NCBI GenBank assembly: GCA_964361095.1
Contig: CAYHZA010000004.1
Coordinates: 2,236 to 66,235, forward strand
Origin: an uncultured Candidatus Saccharibacteria bacterium
GTDB lineage: Bacteria; Patescibacteriota; Minisyncoccia; UBA6257; 2-01-FULL-56-20
Reading direction: 5' to 3'
DNA length: 64,000 nucleotides
Shown: positions 36,774 through 46,121 of the stretch, one piece after another
How positions within the stretch are numbered: position 1 is the first letter of the stretch
How the letters are laid out: each line of letters begins with the position of its first letter
Position numbers and translations under genes: made by a program
Notes under the pieces: generated by a model
Databases searched by the model: none
The model's input: the letters and a program-made list of their open reading frames with translations, nothing else
Told to the model about the DNA's origin: nothing

Positions 36774-37607
36774 ATGATGTCCGCATTAACCCATGAGCAC
36801 ATAAGAGACCTTGAGCATACGGCAAAGAATATACGCCGCACAATTTTGGAAATTATTTTTCGTGCTAAGTCTTCGCATATCGGTTGTTCTTTGTCGGCGG
36901 CAGATATTCTTACTGCGCTTTATTTTAATGTTATGAAAATTGATCCTCGTCATCCCCAAAAAGACGATCGTGATCGTTTGGTTATGAGTAAGGGTCATGC
37001 GGTTTCGGGACTCTATGCCGCCCTTGCCGAGCGGGGATTCTTCCCCCAAGAGAAATTAAAAGAATACGGCACCGAAGGAACCAACCTTGCGAGTCACGTG
37101 GTTCGCGGTTCCGTTCCGGGTACCGAAACAAGTAATGGTTCGGGTGGGCACGGTCTTTCTTTGGGGGTCGGGATCGCATTAGCTTTGCGGAATAAAAAAA
37201 ATAACACACGAGTTTTTGTTCTTTCCGGTGACGGGGAATTACAAGAAGGTTCCGTATGGGAAGCGCTTCTTTCCGGAGCAACCCATGTTCTCGATAATCT
37301 TACGTTGATTGTGGATCGGAATCGCTTTCAAGACGGACAGGATGGCAATGGTACGGATCAGATTTTAGCGCTTGAACCTCTTGATAAGAAATTTGAAGCT
37401 TTCGGCTGGGAGACCGAGACGATAGACGGACATAGTTTTATTGAACTTATTCCCGCTCTTATGCGCCACAGTAAGCGTCCCCGAGTTATTATTGCAAATA
37501 CCATAAAAGCAAAAGGTGTCCCTTTTATGGAAGGTAGACCGGAGTGGCACGGCAAATGTCCCGACGAAGATCAATATAATCTTGCGCTTAAAGAATTGGC
37601 ACATTAA
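36774..37607 (+). CDS. transketolase, N-terminal (TPP-binding) subunit
   Basis: HIGCSLSAADILTALYF...SKGHAVSGLYAALAERGF...GSGGHGLSLGVG matches split transketolase subunit A. Confidence 0.85.
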   Translation: MMSALTHEHIRDLEHTAKNIRRTILEIIFRAKSSHIGCSLSAADILTALYFNVMKIDPRHPQKDDRDRLVMSKGHAVSGLYAALAERGFFPQEKLKEYGTEGTNLASHVVRGSVPGTETSNGSGGHGLSLGVGIALALRNKKNNTRVFVLSGDGELQEGSVWEALLSGATHVLDNLTLIVDRNRFQDGQDGNGTDQILALEPLDKKFEAFGWETETIDGHSFIELIPALMRHSKRPRVIIANTIKAKGVPFMEGRPEWHGKCPDEDQYNLALKELAH

Positions 37608-37614
37608 ACCAACC

Positions 37615-38529
37615 ATGCGATTTGAATCAATTAATACTCTTTATGAGGCAGCGTTGCGAGATGAACGGATTGTTTTTATTACGGGCGATTTCGGTCATCC
37701 AAGAACGGAAGATTTCAAAAAAAATCTTGGAGGGCGCTATATGAATGCTGGCATGTCCGAACAGCACATTATAGGCATGGCAGCCGGTCTGGCATTGGAG
37801 GGTATGAAGGTTTTTGTATATTCGATCGTTCCTTTTATTACGCTCCGATGTTTTGAACAGATTAAGGTTGACGTTTGTTATCATAATACGGACGTGACGA
37901 TTATTGGCGCCGGAGGAGGTTTTGCTTATGGTGCGGCAGGGGGCACGCATTATGCTATTGAAGATATTGCCGCATTGCGTGCATTGCCTCGCATGAAAGT
38001 CATTGTGCCTTCGAGTCCTTGGGAAACGCGTATGTTGATGCCTCAGATTATTGCCGCAGGTGGTCCTACGTATCTTCGAATCGGCAGAGGAAAAGAGATC
38101 GATTTCGGTGAAAATGAAGCGCCAACACTGGGACGATCCCAAGTTTTAAGAAAAGGTTCTGACGCTACGATTTTTTTTGCAGGTCCTATTGGCAAAGAAG
38201 CTTTAGATGCCGCGGAGATTTTAAAACAATGTGACTTAGACGTAGAAGTTATAAGTATGCATACCATTAAACCCATCGACAGAGACGCCATCGCGCTTCG
38301 AGCCGGAAATCGCCGCGCAATTTTTACACTTGAAGAGCATTCCGTGCTTGGCGGTTTAGGAAGCGCGGTTGCCGAGATACTTGCGGAATTGCCGGAACAT
38401 CCGGTTTTTCTAAGGTTTGGCGTGCAGGATACATGGCCGGTTTTGTTTGGCAGTCAAACGTATTTGAGAAATGCGATGGGCATTTCTGCGATGCATGTCG
38501 CGGAAAAAATAAAAAAAGTTTTACTATAA
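37615..38529 (+). CDS. transketolase, C-terminal (pyrimidine-binding) subunit
   Basis: MRFESINTLYEAAL...ITGDFG...YSIVPFITLRCFEQIK matches split transketolase subunit B. The ATG at 37615 follows the subunit A stop. Confidence 0.85.
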   Translation: MRFESINTLYEAALRDERIVFITGDFGHPRTEDFKKNLGGRYMNAGMSEQHIIGMAAGLALEGMKVFVYSIVPFITLRCFEQIKVDVCYHNTDVTIIGAGGGFAYGAAGGTHYAIEDIAALRALPRMKVIVPSSPWETRMLMPQIIAAGGPTYLRIGRGKEIDFGENEAPTLGRSQVLRKGSDATIFFAGPIGKEALDAAEILKQCDLDVEVISMHTIKPIDRDAIALRAGNRRAIFTLEEHSVLGGLGSAVAEILAELPEHPVFLRFGVQDTWPVLFGSQTYLRNAMGISAMHVAEKIKKVLL

Positions 38530-38532
38530 CAT

Positions 38533-39621
38533 ATGGATTCACGTGCAGTTATTAAAGATGATATAAAAGATGTTATTTCTGCTCTTGGTGCGGATGTGAA
38601 TCGTTTGAGCGGGAAAACGGTTTTGATCACCGGACCCAGTGGTCTTTTGGGAAGTTATCTCGTGGATACCATTGCCGAGCTTAATGATCGTAAAATTCTG
38701 GAATATCCATGCCGTGTTATTGGCTTAAGTCGTTCTCCCGTGACGCCTCTATCGCGATTAGGGCATCTTTTAGGAAGGACTGATATGAATTTTATCGTCC
38801 ACGATGTGGCGCAGCCGCTTCCGTTAAAAGAAAAAATAGATTTTATTATTCATGCCGCGGGCCGTTCTGCGCCAGCAATATTTCAAGCGGATCCTTTGGG
38901 AACAATTGATGTGAATATAGGAGGCATTCGGTGGCTTTTGGATTATGCCAAAGATTCGAATGTTGAAAGCGTGCTTTATATGAGCAGTGGAGAAATTTAT
39001 GGTAATCCTCCGCCCGAATTTATTCCTACGTCCGAAACATATGCAGGGAATGTTTCGCCATTATCTCCACGGGCATGCTATATCGAATCCAAACGTTTGG
39101 CTGAAACTCTTTGTCTTGTATATTGGGAACAGTTCGGAGTTCCTGCTAAGATAGCCCGTCCCTTTATCGTATACGGGCCCGGGCTTCTTGTTGAAGATCG
39201 TCGAGTGATGGCCGATTTTATGCGATTAGGAATTGAAGGTAAACCAATTACCATGCTTACGAGCGGTGAAGATACGCGGTCATATTGTTATATTGCCGAT
39301 GCCTCAGTAGTGTTTTGGAAGATCCTATTTTCGAATTACAATGGGGAGCCCTTTAACGTTGCAAGCGACATGGAAGAAGTGAGTATCAAAGAATTAGCTG
39401 AATTAATTCATAGAATTTGCGGGATTCATGCGCCGGTCGGTGTTCCAAAGATACAAAATAAAGACATCGCTTTTTTGAGTGCTTCCCCGCATAGGGTAAA
39501 ACCCGATATATCAAAAATTCGCGAACGTTTTGCTTTTAATCCCCGCATAGGACTTGCCGAGGGGATGCGACGTACTATTAATTGGAATTTGTTGCGTATG
39601 GGCAAGCCCGCGCTTTCTTAA
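38533..39621 (+). CDS. NAD-dependent nucleotide-sugar epimerase/dehydratase
   Basis: KTVLITGPSGLLGSYLVD and an extended SDR with a YxxxK region. Confidence 0.7.
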   Translation: MDSRAVIKDDIKDVISALGADVNRLSGKTVLITGPSGLLGSYLVDTIAELNDRKILEYPCRVIGLSRSPVTPLSRLGHLLGRTDMNFIVHDVAQPLPLKEKIDFIIHAAGRSAPAIFQADPLGTIDVNIGGIRWLLDYAKDSNVESVLYMSSGEIYGNPPPEFIPTSETYAGNVSPLSPRACYIESKRLAETLCLVYWEQFGVPAKIARPFIVYGPGLLVEDRRVMADFMRLGIEGKPITMLTSGEDTRSYCYIADASVVFWKILFSNYNGEPFNVASDMEEVSIKELAELIHRICGIHAPVGVPKIQNKDIAFLSASPHRVKPDISKIRERFAFNPRIGLAEGMRRTINWNLLRMGKPALS

Positions 39622-39624
39622 GGT

Positions 39625-40701
39625 ATGTCCTCAATTCAAACAATTTATATTGTTCCTGCCGGTCCTACTGAACTGCGCGGAAAAATTTTTGAGCCGAATC
39701 TTCCTATCGCGCCCATAGCCCCGTTGGGAGGTGACTTCCTTTATTTTTTTCGCGAGAAGGGAATTCAAGTAAAGACGATAGACGCATGGAATCCAGCTAT
39801 CCATAACGCCGATGATGTTGTTGTTTTTATCAATCATCCCGATGACGATATTTTGCATCGTTTTTTTTATTTTTTTAAATACATCTTGCGAGGACGGAAA
39901 CGATTTGCGATAAGCCCCAAGGAATTATCTCTGATCCGTAGGCTATTTTCCAAAAAAATTCTTTTTCAAGGAGAGCCCCCGACTAATATGCCGTATCCCT
40001 ACGTGCATCTTAAGCGCCTTGCAAAATTATATGATGTAATATTTTTGTATCACAAAATGATGGGCGTGCCTTCGAATGTGTTTTATACGATGTGGCCGCG
40101 TGATTTCAGGGAGGAGTTCGAGTCGTTCTTTGCGGTGCCGAAGGATAAGTTTTTAGTGATGATGAATAACAATGCGCGCCCGCATGCTTTTTTCGCAAAA
40201 GAACTCTACAGTGAGCGTCTCCGAGCGATAAAATTTTTCAGTTCGTCTCCCGGGTTTGATCTTTACGGTGGGCGATGGGAAAGAAAGCCATTTTTTCCAT
40301 TCTGGAGTTATCGCGCGTATGTCCAAAAATGCTGGCGCGGTTATGTGAATGGCGATAAAATCAAGACGTTCGCTTCTTATAGATTTTCTTTGGCGTTTGA
40401 GAATTCACAATATCCCGGATATGTGAGCGAAAAGATTTTTGATTCTTTCTTGGCCGGTTGTATTCCTGTGTATCTTGGGGCTCCTGACGTCACTGATTAC
40501 GTACCGGCGGACTGTTTTATTGATATGCGCGCGTTCAAGGATTACGGAGCTCTCTTAATTCATTTGCAGTCGCTTTCCGATGTCGAATGTGCGTTATATC
40601 GAGATCGTATCAAGCATTATCTTATTTCTCAAAAAAATAATATTTTTTCAAAACGGAAGTTTGCGGAAACTCTATGGGGAGCAATGATAAATTTGCCATG
40701 A
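39625..40701 (+). CDS. GT10-family alpha-1,3/4-fucosyltransferase
   Basis: YRFSLAFENSQYPGYVSEKIFDSFLAGCIPVYLGAPDV closely matches the H. pylori FucT C-terminal motif (FENS...YVTEK...IPIYWG). Confidence 0.75.
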   Translation: MSSIQTIYIVPAGPTELRGKIFEPNLPIAPIAPLGGDFLYFFREKGIQVKTIDAWNPAIHNADDVVVFINHPDDDILHRFFYFFKYILRGRKRFAISPKELSLIRRLFSKKILFQGEPPTNMPYPYVHLKRLAKLYDVIFLYHKMMGVPSNVFYTMWPRDFREEFESFFAVPKDKFLVMMNNNARPHAFFAKELYSERLRAIKFFSSSPGFDLYGGRWERKPFFPFWSYRAYVQKCWRGYVNGDKIKTFASYRFSLAFENSQYPGYVSEKIFDSFLAGCIPVYLGAPDVTDYVPADCFIDMRAFKDYGALLIHLQSLSDVECALYRDRIKHYLISQKNNIFSKRKFAETLWGAMINLP

Positions 40702-41630
40702 CGTTACTTGGAAAGAAAATTTTGGTTACCGGAGGAGAAGGTTTTCTCGGTCAGCATGTAATTAAAGAACTATTAGCACGAGGGGTTGATCGGAAAGATA
40801 TTTCGGTTCCCAGCGCTGCGTCATGCGACCTTCGCTTCTATATCAATTGCGAAAAAGCCGTCGCCAATCATAACGTGGTTTTTCATTTGGCAGCCGTAAC
40901 GGGCGGAATTGAATTCCATACTACCCATCCGGGAAATATTTTTTACGATAATTTGATGATGGGCGTGCATCTTATGGAAAGCGCGCGGCTTGCCGGAGTG
41001 GAGAAGTTTCTTACGATTGGAAGCGCTACCGAGTATCCAACTACTGCGTCTTTGCCGTATCGAGAAGAAAGTTTGTGGCAAGGGCTTCCTGACCCGGTGC
41101 ATATTCCCTATAGCATGGCGAAGCGTATGTTCATTGTGCAAGGAGCGGCATATCGCGCGCAATATGGATTTAACGCTATTCACCTTATGCCGAACAATAT
41201 GTTCGGGCCGGGTGAAAAATTTGAAAGCGGTTTTGTTATTCCTTCCATAATGAAAAAGATTTTAGATGTCAAAGCGTCGGGTGCTGACTTTATAACATCT
41301 TGGGGAACGGGAAAGGCAAAGCGGGAATTTGTCTATGTTGAAGATGCAGCGCGAGCGATTATGCTTGCCGCAGAACGATACGACAAGCCCGAGCCGGTCA
41401 ATATCGGTTCCGGGGAAGAAATATCTATAAAAGATTTAGTAACGTTGATTGCCCGCTTTATGGATTTTAAGGGAGAAATTAAATGGGATCATACGAAGCC
41501 GGATGGTCAGCTACGAAGGAATCTTGATGTTTCTCGAGCGGAAAAAGAGTTTGGTTTTCATGCTGAGGTTTCTTTTGAGGAAGGTCTAAAAAAAACTATT
41601 GATTGGCACTTAAAAACAGTGTATAAATAG
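40698..41630 (+). CDS. GDP-L-fucose synthase-like epimerase/reductase (second Fcl paralog)
   Basis: KILVTGGEGFLGQHVIKEL. The C-terminal ~120 aa are near-collinear with the 34159-35106 product (EPVNIGSGEEISIKDLV...[20 protein letters not shown]). The ATGA overlap with the upstream gene sets the start. Confidence 0.8.
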   Translation: MTLLGKKILVTGGEGFLGQHVIKELLARGVDRKDISVPSAASCDLRFYINCEKAVANHNVVFHLAAVTGGIEFHTTHPGNIFYDNLMMGVHLMESARLAGVEKFLTIGSATEYPTTASLPYREESLWQGLPDPVHIPYSMAKRMFIVQGAAYRAQYGFNAIHLMPNNMFGPGEKFESGFVIPSIMKKILDVKASGADFITSWGTGKAKREFVYVEDAARAIMLAAERYDKPEPVNIGSGEEISIKDLVTLIARFMDFKGEIKWDHTKPDGQLRRNLDVSRAEKEFGFHAEVSFEEGLKKTIDWHLKTVYK

Positions 41631-41654
41631 GTGGTTGTTTAAATCTGAATTATT

Positions 41655-42920
41655 ATGGCTATTACAAAAGTAACAGAGCGAAAAACATGTCGTGTGTGCG
41701 GCGCTGGGTCATTGACCCCCATTTTTTCCTTGGGGCTTTTGTATGTGTCTGATTTTGTGGACGGTCATGACAAGGAGCATGAGAAAATTCCTTTGGAATT
41801 GATATTGTGTAATGAACGAGACGGCGGTTGCGGGCTTTTGCAGCTTAAACATACGGTGCCCCATGAATCTATGTATCGGAACTACTGGTATCGTTCGGGA
41901 ATCAATAAAACAATGACCGATGAGCTTCAGGATATTGCCCGTACGACCGAGAAGATGGCAAATCTGAAGTCGGGCGATTACGTAATCGATATCGGAGCAA
42001 ACGACGGGACTTTGCTTCGAGGATTTACTACGCAAGGCATTCATCGTATCGGTTTTGAACCGGCGAACAATCTTGAGCAATACAATACAGTCGGTACCGA
42101 AAAAGTGTTCCATGATTTTTTTGGCGCGCGCGCCTGGAATGAATCGTATGGAAAAGCCAAGGCAAAGATTATTACGGCGATCGCGATGTTTTACGACCTC
42201 GAAGATCCAAACTCATTCGTGGCGGATATCGCCGCGTCTCTCGATGATGAAGGAATTTGCGTTATTCAACAAAGTTACTTGCCGCTTATGTTAAAGACCA
42301 ATGAGATCGGTAACATTTGCCACGAGCATCTGGAATACTATTCTTTGCTCTCGATGGAAAATCTTTTTTCGCGCCACAATTTGGAGGTGTGTGATGTGAT
42401 GATAAATGACATTAATGGCGGGAGTTTTCGTACGTACATTCGACACAAAGAGAAAGGAACCACGCTTCATCTTGAGCCGGGCGCCGCAGAGCGTCTTTCG
42501 AATATGCGTGCATCGGAAAAAACACTGGGACTTGACGATAGGCAGGTATATGAGGCATTTGTAGGTCGGGTGAATGAGATAAAAAATAAACTCATGAAAT
42601 TTTTGAATGACGAGAAAGCGAAAGGGAAAAAAATTTATGGATATGGGGCTTCTACAAAAGGCAACACGCTTCTCCAATTTTTTAATATCGGTTCGGATCT
42701 GATTACCGCGATCGCGGAACGTAATCCTGATAAATGGGGTAAAAAAACGATCGGGACGCTTATTCCTATTGTTTCCGAAGAAGAAGCGCGAGCCGCGCAG
42801 CCGGATTATTTTTTTGTTTTACCTTGGCATTTTATCGATGAATTCGTGGAACGCGAGGTTGAATTTCGAAAGCGTGGAGGTAAATTTATCGTACCATTAC
42901 CTGAGTTTAAAATAATCTAA
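41655..42920 (+). CDS. NDP-hexose C-methyltransferase (TylC3/NovU-like, zinc-ribbon + MTase)
   Basis: N-terminal CRVCGAGSL...C Zn-binding domain (Methyltransf_13-like), followed by VIDIGANDGTLL (SAM motif I) and a C-terminal Methyltransf_14-like region. Confidence 0.7.
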   Translation: MAITKVTERKTCRVCGAGSLTPIFSLGLLYVSDFVDGHDKEHEKIPLELILCNERDGGCGLLQLKHTVPHESMYRNYWYRSGINKTMTDELQDIARTTEKMANLKSGDYVIDIGANDGTLLRGFTTQGIHRIGFEPANNLEQYNTVGTEKVFHDFFGARAWNESYGKAKAKIITAIAMFYDLEDPNSFVADIAASLDDEGICVIQQSYLPLMLKTNEIGNICHEHLEYYSLLSMENLFSRHNLEVCDVMINDINGGSFRTYIRHKEKGTTLHLEPGAAERLSNMRASEKTLGLDDRQVYEAFVGRVNEIKNKLMKFLNDEKAKGKKIYGYGASTKGNTLLQFFNIGSDLITAIAERNPDKWGKKTIGTLIPIVSEEEARAAQPDYFFVLPWHFIDEFVEREVEFRKRGGKFIVPLPEFKII

Positions 42921-43681
42921 TGCCGCAAGGGTATTGGGATAACTCTTCTTTCTGGCAAAGAGTTAGGCGGGTATATCGGAGGGGGGGCTTTTTTTTCCTG
43001 ATTATCTCAATGATCAGGGCTTTTTTTCGGCCTATTCGTGTCCAGCTATTGGATTGGTACTATAGAATATTTCCCCTAGGGACTTTTTCTTTTCGTGGGC
43101 AGAGGTATGCATATCTTGCTCATAAGTACAACACTACGTGGCAGAACGAGCGAGCGGTAGAAATTCCTATTGCACATGCAATAATCAAACGCTATGCAGG
43201 GAAGCGCATTCTTGAGGTCGGTCATGTTCTCGGGCATTATCTCTCGATTCGTCATGACGTTCTCGACAAGTACGAACTGAATCCAGCGGTCATGAATGAG
43301 GATATTACAACGTTTAAACCGGGGGAAAAGTACGATTTAATCGTAAGTATTTCCACCCTGGAGCATGTTGGCTGGGATGAAGACAAGCGGGAGCCCGATA
43401 AGGTGCTTGAAGCATTCCGCAATCTTCAAGACAATTGTTTGGCCCCGGGTGGAACGCTTTTTGTGACTTTGCCTGTCGGTTGGAATCCTGTTCTCGATCA
43501 ATTTATCAAAGAGGGAGCGATTACGTTCCAGGAACGCTTTTACTTAAAAAAGACTCATAATGAGTGGCGTGAGGTATTGCCACAGGAGGGCGTGAATTCG
43601 GCATATAATAGAAGTGTCCCATCGGCCACTGCGATTTTAATAGGAGTGATCCGGCAGAAGGGCGCGTCGTTATTCCCTTAA
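42920..43681 (+). CDS. putative class I SAM-dependent methyltransferase
   Basis: ILEVGHVLG (motif I-like) and DLIVSISTLEHVGWD (motif II/III-like). Confidence 0.5.
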   Translation: MPQGYWDNSSFWQRVRRVYRRGGFFFLIISMIRAFFRPIRVQLLDWYYRIFPLGTFSFRGQRYAYLAHKYNTTWQNERAVEIPIAHAIIKRYAGKRILEVGHVLGHYLSIRHDVLDKYELNPAVMNEDITTFKPGEKYDLIVSISTLEHVGWDEDKREPDKVLEAFRNLQDNCLAPGGTLFVTLPVGWNPVLDQFIKEGAITFQERFYLKKTHNEWREVLPQEGVNSAYNRSVPSATAILIGVIRQKGASLFP

Positions 43682-43695
43682 TTTTTTATTTATAT

Positions 43696-44904
43696 ATGAA
43701 AATTGCCATCGTTTGCTTTAACTTAAAATGGCAGGCAGGCGGGGCACGCCTTATCTTTTCTTTGGCTCACGGTCTTATGGATCTTGGCCATAGAGTTTTT
43801 ATTTACACGCCGGAATTTGACGAAGGGGTATTTCCGGATTTACGCAAAGGCTTGGATATCCGCGTAGTGCCGCAGGCGCGTTCTTTCGATTGGACCGAAA
43901 ACCCCCCAAGTTTCATTGGGAAAATATTTCATAAAATCAGAGAAGAGCGATTTCACGTCGCTGTGGCGAAAAATATTGCGCTTTCGATAGATCGCGATTT
44001 TGAGGTTGTGAACCTTCATGATTTCGCTTATAAAGTAGGATTTTTCTACAAAAAAATAAATCATCGGGCGAAAATCGTATGGACCGAGAATGACCCTCCC
44101 TTCAGCCATCTTCCCAAAAAAGGGGTCATACGCAATGCGGCAAGTAGGATTTTTAATTCCATAAAAGAATATAGTGAAAGAAAATATTTGAACGCCATGG
44201 ACAGCGTGGTTGTTCTTGATTTTTATAATCGGAATTGGGCGGCACGGCGAGGGTTGCATCCCGTTGTTGTGCGGAGTGGGGTCGACTTTGAAACTTTTTA
44301 TTCCCCGGTTAAACATATTTCTGCGCATCAAAAATCCATCCGTATTTTAGGGATAGGAGCGTTGAATGTATACCGACGTTTTGAGGATATTATCGGTGCC
44401 GTGAAATTGCTTCGATCGTGGGGATATGATGCGCGAGCTCTTATTGTATGCAAGGATATTTGGCGCCAGAAGGAATATCGTGCGTATCTCGAGCAGCTTG
44501 TAGTAAAGGAAAAGCTTGATGATTGCGTCACTTTTAAATTCGAAGGCGTTTCTCATGAGGAATTAAAAATCGCGTATCGTGAGAGCGATGTTTTTGTCCT
44601 TCCTATTTACTTGCCGTCACCTCGGAATGGATATGGGTGGGGACTTTCCAATTTTGAAGCAATGGCAGCCGGTTTACCGCTTGTGATTTGTAATACCAGT
44701 ACGGCGATGGAAGTGCTAAGAGACGGCGAACACGCGCTCGCGGTTCGTCCTATGGATCCGGGCGATATCGCTCAAAAGGTAAAGATGTTAATGGATGACC
44801 CCGTGTTGTATCGTCGCATTACTGAACAGGGTCAACGTTTTGTGCGTGAACATATTTCGTGGGTGAATTATTGCAAGGAAATGGTGAATATATTTACACG
44901 ATGA
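43696..44904 (+). CDS. GT4-family glycosyltransferase
   Basis: C-terminal EAMAAGLPLV...E-x7-E signature of retaining GT-B glycosyltransferases. Confidence 0.8.
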   Translation: MKIAIVCFNLKWQAGGARLIFSLAHGLMDLGHRVFIYTPEFDEGVFPDLRKGLDIRVVPQARSFDWTENPPSFIGKIFHKIREERFHVAVAKNIALSIDRDFEVVNLHDFAYKVGFFYKKINHRAKIVWTENDPPFSHLPKKGVIRNAASRIFNSIKEYSERKYLNAMDSVVVLDFYNRNWAARRGLHPVVVRSGVDFETFYSPVKHISAHQKSIRILGIGALNVYRRFEDIIGAVKLLRSWGYDARALIVCKDIWRQKEYRAYLEQLVVKEKLDDCVTFKFEGVSHEELKIAYRESDVFVLPIYLPSPRNGYGWGLSNFEAMAAGLPLVICNTSTAMEVLRDGEHALAVRPMDPGDIAQKVKMLMDDPVLYRRITEQGQRFVREHISWVNYCKEMVNIFTR

Positions 44905-46097
44905 AGATCGCGATGGTTCATCTTAATTTGACGACCGAAAGCGGAGATCCGCGAATGTTTTTTTCTATCTGCCAGTCTCTTCGGACATTAGGTCACGAAG
45001 TTCATATTTATACCGCCGAACATAACCCAATGTGCTTCCCTGATCTTTCAAGAAATTTTCCTATCCATGTAGTTGCGCCTCCCGCGCCATTGGATACCGG
45101 GTTTGACGCACGGGGATTAATAGGTAGGGTAAAGGCAAAATTATATCGCGGTCGTTTATTGAGTAATGCAGCACGGCGGATTGGAGATGTATTGCCGCCG
45201 GATCTTGATGTGCTTGTGTGCCAAAACGATGCTTCCTATGAATTGGGGGTGGGCTATAAGAAAAAAAATCATCGCGCGCGAATTGTGTGGATTATGAATA
45301 ATGCGCCTTTCTATAGTGGTCCGAAAGGGAATGTTATTGTGAAGTTATTAAGTGCTTTTTCGGCATTATGGGAGAGACACAAAGTGGCACATTACTTGCG
45401 CGGCATTGATGTTGTTTTTGTGCACGATATTGAGCGTAAAAAAATGATTGATGCCCTTGGGGTGTCATCAATCGTTTTGCGGATTCCCGTTGATTTTGAG
45501 AGTTTCTATGTTCCCGTGAAGAAACGGCTCTCGAAAGACAAAAAAGTTACCCTTTTGGGTGTTGGCTCATTAAGTCCCATGAGAAGATTTGAGGATATTA
45601 TCCTGGCGGCGACTTTCCTCAGGAAAAAAGGATACGATGCAAGAGTGGAACTTGTTTGTAAAGATTTTTGGAAAGATACAAAGTATCGATCAGAGCTTAT
45701 TTCATTGATCCGTGATTTATATATGGATCCGTACGTACAATTTCACTTTGAGGGAGTGAGTGAGTCGGTATTGCGCGACATTCAGCGGAACAGTGATGTC
45801 TTTATTTTTCCTAACCATGTTAATATTTGGGGTATGGCTGCTCTTGAAGCCATGGCGGCGGGGTTGCCGCTTGTTGTTTCCCGCGTTACGAGCGTTGCAG
45901 AGGTTTTAAACGATGGTGAGAGTGCATTAATGTGTGAACCGGAGAATCCGGATGATATAGCTCTTAAAGTACGCGCGCTGATCGATAATCCGGCACTCTA
46001 CGAAAAAATTGGCGAGATGGGACAACATTTTGTGAAGGAAAATTTAACATGGGAGAAGTACAGCAAGGATTTTATTGGAGCGATAGAAAATAAATAA
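44901..46097 (+). CDS. GT4-family glycosyltransferase (tandem paralog)
   Basis: Collinear with the preceding gene (MKIAMVHLN..., EAMAAGLPLVVSRVTSVAEVLNDGESAL). ATGA overlap at 44901-44904. Confidence 0.8.
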   Translation: MKIAMVHLNLTTESGDPRMFFSICQSLRTLGHEVHIYTAEHNPMCFPDLSRNFPIHVVAPPAPLDTGFDARGLIGRVKAKLYRGRLLSNAARRIGDVLPPDLDVLVCQNDASYELGVGYKKKNHRARIVWIMNNAPFYSGPKGNVIVKLLSAFSALWERHKVAHYLRGIDVVFVHDIERKKMIDALGVSSIVLRIPVDFESFYVPVKKRLSKDKKVTLLGVGSLSPMRRFEDIILAATFLRKKGYDARVELVCKDFWKDTKYRSELISLIRDLYMDPYVQFHFEGVSESVLRDIQRNSDVFIFPNHVNIWGMAALEAMAAGLPLVVSRVTSVAEVLNDGESALMCEPENPDDIALKVRALIDNPALYEKIGEMGQHFVKENLTWEKYSKDFIGAIENK

Positions 46098-46121
46098 TGT
46101 GTTTTTCTCAATTTGTCGTGA

